DNA of 64,000 nucleotides. It comes from Patescibacteria group bacterium (GTDB lineage Bacteria; Patescibacteriota; Microgenomatia; UBA1406; GWC2-37-13). This document shows, one piece after another, positions 26,803-36,891 of the stretch (its first letter is position 1; each line of letters begins with the position of its first letter). The stretch lies in the NCBI GenBank assembly GCA_026004435.1, contig BPJD01000004.1, positions 5,940 through 69,939 of the forward strand. The letters are read 5' to 3'. The position numbers were made by a program, and so were the translations under genes. The notes below the pieces were generated by a model. It did not search any database, was not told the origin of the DNA, and was given only the letters and a program-made list of their open reading frames with translations.

Positions 26803-28128
26803 ATGAAATCAACTAATATAATCAAAACAGTCTTAAGTCTGTTAATTATCATATTTTTAATCTGGATTAATATAAAACCAAGAACATTGTCCATTAATCT
26901 TTTTGGCAGAAAGATAGACAAAGAGTTTAAGATGTATTATGGACTTGATCTTCAGGGCGGCACTGAGTTAATCTTTCAGGCAGATACATCAAACATACCT
27001 GATGAGGACAAAAAATCTGCCTTGGAGTCAAGCAAAAGCATTATTGAACAAAGGATTAATTATCTGGGAGTAGCAGAACCTTCTGTTGTTATTGTAAAAT
27101 CTCAGAATACCTATAGAATTCAGGTAGCTTTGCCGGGCATAACTGACCCTAAAAGAGCAGTTGAGTTAATCGGCAATACAGCACAGTTGTCATTTAGGGA
27201 GGTTAAGATCTCAACCGAAAGCGCCAACTTAGCCACAGACAGTGCAGAGACTGCTACAGACAGCGCTCAGATCGTTTTTTCCAACCCAACAGATCTAACA
27301 GGAAAGGATATAAAAAAGGCTCAGGTTCAGTTTGATCAGCAAAGCGGACAGCCAATTGTAGAGCTTATCTTTACAGAAGAAGGCAGTAAAAAGTTTGAAA
27401 AAATCACAGAAAGAAATGTAGGAAGACCACTGGCTATTTTTATTGATGAATTTTTATTATCAATGCCGATCGTACAGCAGAAGATCTCAGGCCCATCAGC
27501 TGTAATCTCTGGCAACTTTAATCTGCAAACAGCAAAAGATTTAGCTCTAAAAATCAACAGCGGAGCTCTGCCTGTTTCCTTAAAACTAGTAAAACAGCAA
27601 AATATTCCGCCAATGCTTGGTAAAGAAGAGATTCAAAAGAGTTTAATAGCAGGCAGTATTGGGCTTGTCTCTGTTGCTTTATTTATGCTTTTTATCTATG
27701 GCAGATTCGGCATCGTGGCAATAATCTCATTATTTTTATACAGTTTAATCAGTCTAACTATCTTTAAGCTGATCCCCGTAGTCTTAACCCTTTCTGGTTT
27801 GGCAGGGTTTATTCTTTCAATAGGAATGGCTGTAGACTCTAATATCTTAATCTCTGAACGAATAAAAGAAGAATTAAGAAAAGGAAAAGATCCCAAAACA
27901 GCATTTAATTTAGGTTTTGGCAGAGCTTTAGATGCTATAAAAGATGCTAACTTTACTACATTATCTGTTGCTTTACTATTGTTTAATCCATTAAACTGGG
28001 AGTTTTTGCCTCAGTTTGGTCTTATAAAAGGCTTTGCCTTGACTTTAGGTATTGGTGTAGTTATTAGTTTATTTACTGGTGTTTTTATTACCAGAAAACT
28101 GTTAAAAATAGTATTTAGGTATGATTGA
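26803..28128 (+). CDS. secD: protein translocase subunit SecD
   Basis: The YYGLDLQGG block, a periplasmic domain and a C-terminal 5-TM bundle (GMAVDSNILISERIKEE) are present. It is followed by secF with an overlap. Confidence 0.9.
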   Translation: MKSTNIIKTVLSLLIIIFLIWINIKPRTLSINLFGRKIDKEFKMYYGLDLQGGTELIFQADTSNIPDEDKKSALESSKSIIEQRINYLGVAEPSVVIVKSQNTYRIQVALPGITDPKRAVELIGNTAQLSFREVKISTESANLATDSAETATDSAQIVFSNPTDLTGKDIKKAQVQFDQQSGQPIVELIFTEEGSKKFEKITERNVGRPLAIFIDEFLLSMPIVQQKISGPSAVISGNFNLQTAKDLALKINSGALPVSLKLVKQQNIPPMLGKEEIQKSLIAGSIGLVSVALFMLFIYGRFGIVAIISLFLYSLISLTIFKLIPVVLTLSGLAGFILSIGMAVDSNILISERIKEELRKGKDPKTAFNLGFGRALDAIKDANFTTLSVALLLFNPLNWEFLPQFGLIKGFALTLGIGVVISLFTGVFITRKLLKIVFRYD

Positions 28129-28978
28129 TTTTATCAGATACAAATTTTTTTACTTTGGCATTTCTGCTGTTGTAATTGCAGTAGGAATCTACTCTATTAT
28201 TGTCTGGGGATATAATTACTCAATAGAGTTTACAGGTGGAGCAAAGTTAAGCATAAAAACCAAAGTTGACGAAACAAACCTGCGCACTGTGTTTAATAAC
28301 AACAATGCTAAAATAAGAAAGCTAAAGGTTAACAACAACCAGTACCAACTTGAGACAGATTATTTAACAGATCAACAACTAAACAACATAACAACAGAGT
28401 TGAAAAAAACAGATAAAGATACAGCAGTAATAAGTTCAGAAATTATTGAGGCTAGTTTTAGTACAGAGTTAAAGAACAAAATGATTATTGCAAGCGTTTT
28501 GGCAATACTTGTTATTTTACTCTATATTGCTGTATCTTTTAAGAGTTTTCTTTTTGCTGTCTCAGCTGTTATAGCCGCCTTGCATGACTCTATAATTTTA
28601 TTAGGAAGCTACTCTTTTTTATCAAGATTCTTTGGCTTTGAGTTTGACTCGTTGTTTTTAACTGCTGTACTGACAACTTTGTCATTTTCTGTTCATGATA
28701 CTATTGTTGTCTTTGACAAAATCAGGGAGTATCACAGCCTAAGAACAAGCGAAAACCTTGAGCATGCAGTCAATAAAGCTCTTACAGAAACAATGGTAAG
28801 ATCTCTTAACAACTCAATGACAATAATATTTGTATTAACCAGCCTGACAATCTTCGGCGGCAGTACTATAAAACATTTTATAGTAGCTTTGCTGATAGGA
28901 ACTATTAGCGGCACTTACTCTTCTCCATTTATTGCAACGCCTGTTTTTGTATTATTATCAAAGATAAAAAACAGATGA
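28121..28978 (+). CDS. secF: protein translocase subunit SecF
   Basis: SecF-type topology with the block HDTIVVFDKIRE. Confidence 0.88.
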   Translation: MIDFIRYKFFYFGISAVVIAVGIYSIIVWGYNYSIEFTGGAKLSIKTKVDETNLRTVFNNNNAKIRKLKVNNNQYQLETDYLTDQQLNNITTELKKTDKDTAVISSEIIEASFSTELKNKMIIASVLAILVILLYIAVSFKSFLFAVSAVIAALHDSIILLGSYSFLSRFFGFEFDSLFLTAVLTTLSFSVHDTIVVFDKIREYHSLRTSENLEHAVNKALTETMVRSLNNSMTIIFVLTSLTIFGGSTIKHFIVALLIGTISGTYSSPFIATPVFVLLSKIKNR

Positions 28979-29604
28979 GAGTATACAGATTTGTGCTTGG
29001 GCAACTGCAAACCAACTGTTATTTTTTAATTGATCAGTCAGACAATGCTTTAATTATAGATCCTGCAGACTCTGGAGAGTTTTTAAGTGAAAAAATCATC
29101 CAGCTAAAATTGAAACCTGAGGCTATTCTGTTGACACACGGCCATTTTGATCATATCTTAGCCTGTTTTGAGCTTCAGCAAAACTTTGATCTTAAAATTT
29201 ACAGCCATACTGCTGATAAGTTTTTAATTGAAAGAGCCGCTGAGTCTGCAGAGTATTTTTTAGGCAAAACAGTAGTTTTTATTCCGCCAAAAATTGAGTA
29301 CTTTAACACACAGCCAAAGTTTAACTCAACCTTTAATTTTAAGACATTTCACACACCCGGGCACACACCCGGAAGCTGTAGTTACTATTTTCCGCAAGAA
29401 AAACTGCTCTTTTCTGGTGATGTTGTTTTCAAAAACGCTGTTGGCAGATGGGACTTTAGCTACTCTAATAAAAAACTGCTGTATCAATCATTGATAAAAT
29501 TAAACCGATTAGATCCAAATACTGTTATTTACCCAGGGCATGGAGAAACTGCAACCGTCTCAAATATACCTTACTTACTCTCTGCTTTTTTTAAGCGAGT
29601 TTAA
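28975..29604 (+). CDS. MBL-fold metallo-hydrolase (glyoxalase II-like)
   Basis: Contains the THGHFDH motif and downstream HTPGHTPG and PGHG metal ligands. Confidence 0.8.
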   Translation: MRVYRFVLGQLQTNCYFLIDQSDNALIIDPADSGEFLSEKIIQLKLKPEAILLTHGHFDHILACFELQQNFDLKIYSHTADKFLIERAAESAEYFLGKTVVFIPPKIEYFNTQPKFNSTFNFKTFHTPGHTPGSCSYYFPQEKLLFSGDVVFKNAVGRWDFSYSNKKLLYQSLIKLNRLDPNTVIYPGHGETATVSNIPYLLSAFFKRV

Positions 29605-30930
29605 GTAATCAAGCAAAACAGTTCTGTCATTGGTAAGTTCTTTTGACTCAACCTTTTCAAACACAGACTGCAAAACCTTGCCTACTTCAGGACCAGGAGA
29701 AAGATTCAAAACCTTCATAACATCATAGCCATCAATTTTTAGATCAGATATTGTAAAAGGTTCCTTTAGCAGTTGCGCAACTCTTTTTTTAAACAACTCA
29801 AATCTCCAGGAGGTTTCTCTGGCTGAAGAACCTAATCTGTCAGCTCGCCTTAACTCAAACATATCATCTAAGTATTCTTTGCCTACATTGCGAATAAACC
29901 GCCTGATTGCTTTATCTGTCTGATTCTCGGAAACAGTGAACTGATGATACCTAACTAAGGTTAATAACTTTTTGGTCTGTTCTTTTGACAGCCTAAATCT
30001 TTTGGCAATCTCTTTTGCCATAAAATAACCAACCACCTCATGATTGTAAAAAGTTATTTGGCCTGTTTTTTCATCCTTGGCATATGTTTTTATTTTGCCT
30101 ATATCATGCAGTAAAACCGCAAACCTTAAAATTGGATCCTTTTTTCTGCAGTTTTTCAAAGACATCAGCAGATGAGTTCCCACATCGTAAATATGATGTC
30201 TGTTGGGGCTTTTTTGTTCAACTGAAAATGCCTGCTCAACCTCTGGCAAAATCTGTACCAATAAATTTAAGTTGTGCAAAAACATTACACCTTCATAAGG
30301 ATAATCTGAAGACAGTATCTTGAGAACCTCATCTCTTATCCTTTCCCAAGATATGTTCTTTATAAGGCTGGCATTTTTCTTTATACTTTCTGCTGTTTGA
30401 GGCTCAATTATAAAACCAAGCTGGCTAGCAAACCTGACAGCTCTTATTAGTCTTAAAGCATCTTCTGAAAACCTTTTATCTGGATCTCCAACTGCGCGAA
30501 TAATCTTGTTCTTTAAATCCTGCCTGCCGCCGAATAAATCAATAATAGTTTTGCCATCAAAAGCCATTGCATTGATAGTAAAATCTCTTCTTTCTAAATC
30601 TTCTTTTAATGTATCTGCCCAGACAACTTCTTCAGGATGCCTAAAATCAGTGTATTTTGATTCCTTTCTGAAAGTAGTTACTTCAAACAAGATCTTTTTA
30701 CCATTAGACAAAGTATGACTAATTAAGACTGTGCCATAGTTATTCTGATAGCTTGCATCCGGAAACAGTTTTAGTATCTGTTCAGGTAAAGCATTTGTGG
30801 TAAAGTCATAGTTGTCTACAGTTTTGCCTAAAAGAGCATCTCTGACTGCACCTCCAACAACATAGATCTCATAACCAGCTTGAGTAAAAACCAGCATAAA
30901 CTCGTTTACATACTGAGGCAGTTTAATCAT
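29575..30930 (-). CDS. cca: CCA-adding tRNA nucleotidyltransferase with HD domain
   Basis: Pol-beta head VGGAVRDALLGK...DFTT, RRDFTINAMA and the HD motif LLHDIGK. Consistent with the three tRNA genes lacking encoded CCA. Confidence 0.85.
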   Translation of the reverse strand: MIKLPQYVNEFMLVFTQAGYEIYVVGGAVRDALLGKTVDNYDFTTNALPEQILKLFPDASYQNNYGTVLISHTLSNGKKILFEVTTFRKESKYTDFRHPEEVVWADTLKEDLERRDFTINAMAFDGKTIIDLFGGRQDLKNKIIRAVGDPDKRFSEDALRLIRAVRFASQLGFIIEPQTAESIKKNASLIKNISWERIRDEVLKILSSDYPYEGVMFLHNLNLLVQILPEVEQAFSVEQKSPNRHHIYDVGTHLLMSLKNCRKKDPILRFAVLLHDIGKIKTYAKDEKTGQITFYNHEVVGYFMAKEIAKRFRLSKEQTKKLLTLVRYHQFTVSENQTDKAIRRFIRNVGKEYLDDMFELRRADRLGSSARETSWRFELFKKRVAQLLKEPFTISDLKIDGYDVMKVLNLSPGPEVGKVLQSVFEKVESKELTNDRTVLLDYLNSLKKSRE

Positions 30931-30965
30931 AAGCTAATTATATAAAAAGATTTGTTATAAAGCAT

Positions 30966-30999
30966 AAAAGAGCCCGCTTAGTTAAGCGGGCTCTTTTTT
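30966..30999. terminator. bidirectional rho-independent terminator downstream of groEL
   Basis: A 10-bp GC-rich stem GAGCCCGCTT/AAGCGGGCTC with a 4-nt loop. It is flanked by an A-run on the left and a T-run on the right. Confidence 0.8.
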
Positions 31000-31018
31000 A
31001 ACTGTTTAAAGAGTATCG

Positions 31019-32659
<1,641 letters not shown>

Positions 32660-32691
32660 TTAAGTTAACTTGTAACTTTTAATTTGCAAAC

Positions 32692-33003
32692 TTATCCCTC
32701 AACAACTGCCATAATATCTTCTTCTTTTACTAAAAGCCACTCATCTGAGCCAACCTTAACCTCATCTCCTCCCCATTTTTTGTACACAACTTTTTGTCCA
32801 ACCTTAACCTGCATTGGAAGATGCTTGCCATCTTTGCCAAGTTTTCCCGGACCAACCGCAACAACCTCTCCAATCTGAGGTTTCTCCTTGGCTGTATCTG
32901 GAATTACTATACCTGAAGGAGTCATTTCCTCCTCCTGAACAGGTTTTATTAATACATAATCAAATAGAGGTTTTATATTTGAAGCATTACTTTTTTTTAC
33001 CAT
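32692..33003 (-). CDS. groS: co-chaperonin GroES
   Basis: 103 aa with IKPLFDYVLIKP...GIVIPDTAKEKPQIGEVVAVGPG. It lies upstream of groEL. Confidence 0.95.
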   Translation of the reverse strand: MVKKSNASNIKPLFDYVLIKPVQEEEMTPSGIVIPDTAKEKPQIGEVVAVGPGKLGKDGKHLPMQVKVGQKVVYKKWGGDEVKVGSDEWLLVKEEDIMAVVEG

Positions 33004-33035
33004 AGATATTTTTTAAAAAAACTTATAAAATCTTT

Positions 33036-33064
33036 TATATATGCAATTTGCAGGTATATAGCAA
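33036..33064 (-). promoter_or_regulatory. candidate groES promoter (TTGCTA-N17-TATATA)
   Basis: Read on the minus strand, leaving a 32-nt leader to the groES ATG. AT-rich context makes chance matches likely. Confidence 0.3.
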
Positions 33065-33152
33065 TTTAAAAGTTTATTTGATAATTTGTTAAGATATTTA
33101 ATATCATAACAACAAAAATTAAATTGTCAAGTAGTAATTTAATCTGCTAATT

Positions 33153-34208
33153 ATGAATTTAGATAAACATAAATACACACCTCTTGACAGAAGTCTTTAT
33201 CTGATGAGCAAAGTTATGGCGGCTGATCTGCCTGAAGAGTTGGAAAACAAGGCGCTTGAGATGATAAAAACAGCCAAAAACAGTTTAAAATACGGCAACA
33301 ATATGTTTCTTACTGAGTTGACAGAAAAATATATAGACTGGATAGTAAAACTACCTTGGTTTAAAAAAGATAAGGTAATCCTTGATATTAAGAGAGCTGA
33401 GGAAATATTGGAAAAAAATCATTATGGATTAAAGGACTTAAAAAGACAGATTCTTGAGTATATCTCTATTCAGATCCTGCATGAAAAAAAACAGTTAGGT
33501 TCATATACCGGACCTACCATTTTTTTGGTTGGCCTTGCAGGTACAGGTAAAACAACCTTTGCAAAATCAATTGCTGAGGCTCTTGGTAGAAAGTTTCTAA
33601 GAATTCCTTTTGGAGGCTTATCATCTGTCTTAGAGTTAAGGGGAGAGGCAAAAATCAAGCCAGAGGCAGAACCAGGAAAAATTATTAAACTTTTAGCTCA
33701 GGCAAAAACCAAAAATCCTGTAATTCTGCTTGATGAGCTTGACAGAGTAACTGACTCTGTCAGAGATGCTGTAATGGGAGTACTGCTTGAATTGCTTGAT
33801 CCAGAGCAAAACTCAAGTTTTAGAGACAATTACATTGATTATCCTTTTGATCTAAGTGATGTTTTATTTATTGCAACAGCTAATAATACCAACAATATCA
33901 GCACAGCTGTGCTTGATCGTATGGAAGTTATAAGAATGCCCTCTTACACTGATGAAGAAAAAACAGTTATTGCTAAAAACTATATTTTCCCTAAAGTACT
34001 AAAGGAAATTGGGCTAACAACAAATGAGATTAAGATTGATGAAAGCCTTTGGCCCAAAATAGTAAGACCACTAGGCTTTGATCCGGGCATAAGATCTTTA
34101 GCCAGAAATATCAGAAGCATTATCAGATCAGTAGCCTTAAAAATTGTTAAGGGAGAGTTTGAAAGTATTGTAATAACAGAGAAAAATTATAAAGAGTATA
34201 TCAAATAA
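33153..34208 (+). CDS. Lon-type AAA+ ATPase module without the N-terminal or protease domains
   Basis: Collinear with the Lon ATPase region: LPWFKK, HYGLKDLKRQILEYISIQ, Walker A GLAGTGKTT, Walker B ILLDELDR, LLELLDPEQNSSFRDNYIDYPFDLSDVLFIATAN and AVLDRMEVIRMPSYTDEEK. It ends at 351 aa, with no S16 protease domain in any frame downstream. Confidence 0.75.
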   Translation: MNLDKHKYTPLDRSLYLMSKVMAADLPEELENKALEMIKTAKNSLKYGNNMFLTELTEKYIDWIVKLPWFKKDKVILDIKRAEEILEKNHYGLKDLKRQILEYISIQILHEKKQLGSYTGPTIFLVGLAGTGKTTFAKSIAEALGRKFLRIPFGGLSSVLELRGEAKIKPEAEPGKIIKLLAQAKTKNPVILLDELDRVTDSVRDAVMGVLLELLDPEQNSSFRDNYIDYPFDLSDVLFIATANNTNNISTAVLDRMEVIRMPSYTDEEKTVIAKNYIFPKVLKEIGLTTNEIKIDESLWPKIVRPLGFDPGIRSLARNIRSIIRSVALKIVKGEFESIVITEKNYKEYIK

Positions 34209-34216
34209 CAATAATC

Positions 34217-34693
34217 TTAAGTATGTTTGTCAGCAACCTTTGAGGCAGCGTGAGAGTTTGGCTTAATCTCATAACTGTAGCCGCTGGATTTTATAAGGTT
34301 GGTAATCTCTGAAACTAGGGTCTTGGTTTTGCCGTTATGACCAATATCAAGATGTATCTTAAAATTATACCTGCCAAATCCATTCTGACTAAATATCTTT
34401 AAAAATTTTTCAGCCATCTGCAAAGACAACAAAGCCTCATTATAAATTCTGGCCTTAAACTGCAGCTTTTGCTCAACCAGTTTTTTTTGATAAAAATATA
34501 TTGCTCCAGAACCAACCCTATGAACAATTAAAGCAGATACAAACAAATACTTATTTTTACTTATCTTCTGAGAATCAGAACCAATAATAAAAGAGTACTC
34601 TGATTTTTTATCAGACTGTAGAAATTTTATAATCTGTGTTTTAACCTGATCAATGGTTAGCTTTCCAAGCCTTTGACTATAAAAATATGCCAT
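34217..34693 (-). CDS. DUF458 (YkuK-like, predicted RNase H-fold) protein
   Basis: Contains the blocks YSFIIGSDSQK and FVSALIVHRVGSGAIYFY, typical of the YkuK family. It starts 1 nt after the rtcB stop. Confidence 0.6.
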   Translation of the reverse strand: MAYFYSQRLGKLTIDQVKTQIIKFLQSDKKSEYSFIIGSDSQKISKNKYLFVSALIVHRVGSGAIYFYQKKLVEQKLQFKARIYNEALLSLQMAEKFLKIFSQNGFGRYNFKIHLDIGHNGKTKTLVSEITNLIKSSGYSYEIKPNSHAASKVADKHT

Positions 34694-34694
34694 A

Positions 34695-36101
34695 CTATCC
34701 TTTAATATTACCTATTGGCTTAAAATATGCAATAGGTCTTGATAAATTAGCTGCAGACACAGCAGAGACAACCTCAGAGACATCTTTATAAGCTAAACCT
34801 GCTTCTTCTGCCAAACCTGAAAAAGAAGCTGATTTTATATAAATACCTTTTTGTTTTAGATCTTGCCAAAGCTTTCTTCCATCAATCTGCTTTTTGGCTT
34901 GAGTTCTTGATAATCTTCTACCTGCTCCATGAGCTGTAGAGCCAAATGACTTTTTTAAAGAATCTGATGTACCTAAAAGCAGATAGCTTCCTGTCTCCAT
35001 AGATCCGCCTATAATAACAGGCTGATTGGGAAATGACCTTGTAGCTCCTTTTCTTTGAACAAAAACTCTTTGTTCAACTCCTGAATCCAATAAATTGTGT
35101 TGCTCAAATTTCCCAATATTGTGAGAGACATCATAAACCAAACTTAAGTTGTAGTCTTGAGCCTTTCCTCCCAACACAATCTCAAAACATCTGCGAATCT
35201 GATAAGTTATAGCCTGACGATTAACAAAAGCATAATTAGCCGCACAACCCATAGCAGAAAGATAAGCTTGTCCTAGCTGGGACATAATCGGCAGACCTGC
35301 CAACTGCCTATCGGTTAACTTAATCTTTTGCTGTCTTGCCTGTTTTTCAAATGCAATCAGATAATCAGAACAGATCTGATGACCAAAGCCTCTAGAGCCG
35401 CAATGCAGCATAACTACAACTTGATCTTTAGTAAAAATTGAGTATTTTCCTGCAGTTTGTTTATCAAATAGTTTTTCAACCTTTTGAATCTCCAAATAAT
35501 GATTGCCTGATCCCAATGTAGCAAGCTGAGCTAATCCTCTTGCAACAGCTCTGTCTGATACAAACTCAAAATCTGCAGGCTGAACACCCCCTCTTTCTTC
35601 AATAGCCTCAATGTCTTTTGCCCAACCAAGCCCCAACTCTTTGACCAAAAAAGGAACTCCTGACTGAGTCAAGGATCTCAACTGGTTTTTATTAATACTT
35701 AAAAAACCCTTTTTCCCAACTCCGGCAGGCACCATCTCATAAAGTTTAGCTACTAATTTTTCAATGTAAGGCTCAAGCTCTTTTGCTGTAAGGTTGGTAA
35801 CCAAAAGTCTCATGCCGCAGTTAATATCAAAGCCAATAGCTCCCGGAAATACAAACCCAGACTCATCTGCTGCAAAAACTGAACCAATTGGAGCTCCATA
35901 ACCAGAATGAGCATCCGGCATAATGCAGACAGGCCCAACTAGCCCCTGAGACTCAGCAAGATTGATAGCCTGATGAAAAACAGCCTGATCCATCTGACTT
36001 AACAGCTTTTCTGTAGCAAAAAAATATATCTTTCTGGTTTTGGTAGTTAAAACATACTCTGCCTGGCCCTGTTTTATTAGCTTAAAGCCAAAAACTTCCA
36101 T
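34695..36101 (-). CDS. rtcB: RNA 3'-phosphate/2',3'-cyclic phosphate ligase RtcB
   Basis: RtcB metal and GTP-binding blocks GFDINCGMRL, GSGNHYLEIQ, HCGSRGFGHQ and STAHGAGR. Length is 468 aa with no intein. Confidence 0.93.
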   Translation of the reverse strand: MEVFGFKLIKQGQAEYVLTTKTRKIYFFATEKLLSQMDQAVFHQAINLAESQGLVGPVCIMPDAHSGYGAPIGSVFAADESGFVFPGAIGFDINCGMRLLVTNLTAKELEPYIEKLVAKLYEMVPAGVGKKGFLSINKNQLRSLTQSGVPFLVKELGLGWAKDIEAIEERGGVQPADFEFVSDRAVARGLAQLATLGSGNHYLEIQKVEKLFDKQTAGKYSIFTKDQVVVMLHCGSRGFGHQICSDYLIAFEKQARQQKIKLTDRQLAGLPIMSQLGQAYLSAMGCAANYAFVNRQAITYQIRRCFEIVLGGKAQDYNLSLVYDVSHNIGKFEQHNLLDSGVEQRVFVQRKGATRSFPNQPVIIGGSMETGSYLLLGTSDSLKKSFGSTAHGAGRRLSRTQAKKQIDGRKLWQDLKQKGIYIKSASFSGLAEEAGLAYKDVSEVVSAVSAANLSRPIAYFKPIGNIKG

Positions 36102-36104
36102 AGA

Positions 36105-36539
36105 TCAAATATCAAAAACAATAACAGCCTTATAACCATTTTGTGTCTGCTTGACAGAGAACCTATGCAAAGACACAGCCTTGATATCTACTCCAGCTAT
36201 GATATTTTCAAAACCGACAAAATTAAGTTTTGCATCTAAACAGTACTTGACTTTAGCTTTTTTGTTAACCAAGATATCACACTGAACAAGCGATTGGCTA
36301 ACCAAACCTTTTGTGTCTTTTATAAAGATCAGTTCATCAACAAACTTAAAAATTAATTCCTCTAAACTGACTGCCTTGACCTTTACTCTTAGTGGTGTTG
36401 GATTAACAGGAGCTGTTAATCTCTGAACCAAGATACTATAAAAGCTCCTTACTATCTCAGAGAACAAATTATTCAAAGAGTTTGCCCTGATCTCAACTCC
36501 AATATCAGCAATAACATCCTTTATAAAAACATATGGCAT
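36105..36539 (-). CDS. archease (RtcB activator)
   Basis: About 145 aa with an IADIGVEIRANSLNNLF N-terminal region and a ...GYKAVIVFDI C-terminus. It lies directly upstream of rtcB with a 3-nt gap. The start is set at ATG 36539; the track start is TTG 36548. Confidence 0.7.
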   Translation of the reverse strand: MPYVFIKDVIADIGVEIRANSLNNLFSEIVRSFYSILVQRLTAPVNPTPLRVKVKAVSLEELIFKFVDELIFIKDTKGLVSQSLVQCDILVNKKAKVKYCLDAKLNFVGFENIIAGVDIKAVSLHRFSVKQTQNGYKAVIVFDI

Positions 36540-36582
36540 ATGATACAATTTTAATCTATTTTAATAATATATTAGGCTAAAA

Positions 36583-36891
36583 ATGGAAATTGGCATAAAC
36601 TACCAACAGGAACTTAAAAACCTAAACCCAAACGAAGAAGATCTCTGGTTTAATCTAATTCAACAGATTAAATACCTAAAAAAATTACAAGGTGATGATG
36701 TGATCACATCAACAATCCAAGATGTCATCAAACAAAAATATAAAGAAGAAACACTAATTAAGTTAGCCGAAAAACTTATCGGCATAAGATTTAACCATCT
36801 TGGCGAACTTGCTATATTCTTAGTTAATAACAGTGAAGAGCTTTTCAGAGAAGCAATAGAAGCAAGAGGAAATGGGAAAGCGCTTTTTTAA
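36583..36891 (+). CDS. hypothetical protein (102 aa)
   Basis: ORF only, with no recognisable motif. It is divergent from the archease operon. Confidence 0.4.
   Translation: MEIGINYQQELKNLNPNEEDLWFNLIQQIKYLKKLQGDDVITSTIQDVIKQKYKEETLIKLAEKLIGIRFNHLGELAIFLVNNSEELFREAIEARGNGKALF

Noticed and set aside
26186-28914. Minus-strand ORFs inside the wHTH gene, secD and secF (26186-26374, 27336-27557, 27696-27896, 28732-28914).
   Set aside because: They are antisense to supported genes and have no motifs.
33120-33146. TTGTCAAGT-N9-ATCTGCTAA as a CIRCE operator for the Lon-like gene or groES.
   Set aside because: Only the right arm resembles CIRCE. The left arm is better explained as a -35-like TTGTCA, and the arms do not pair.
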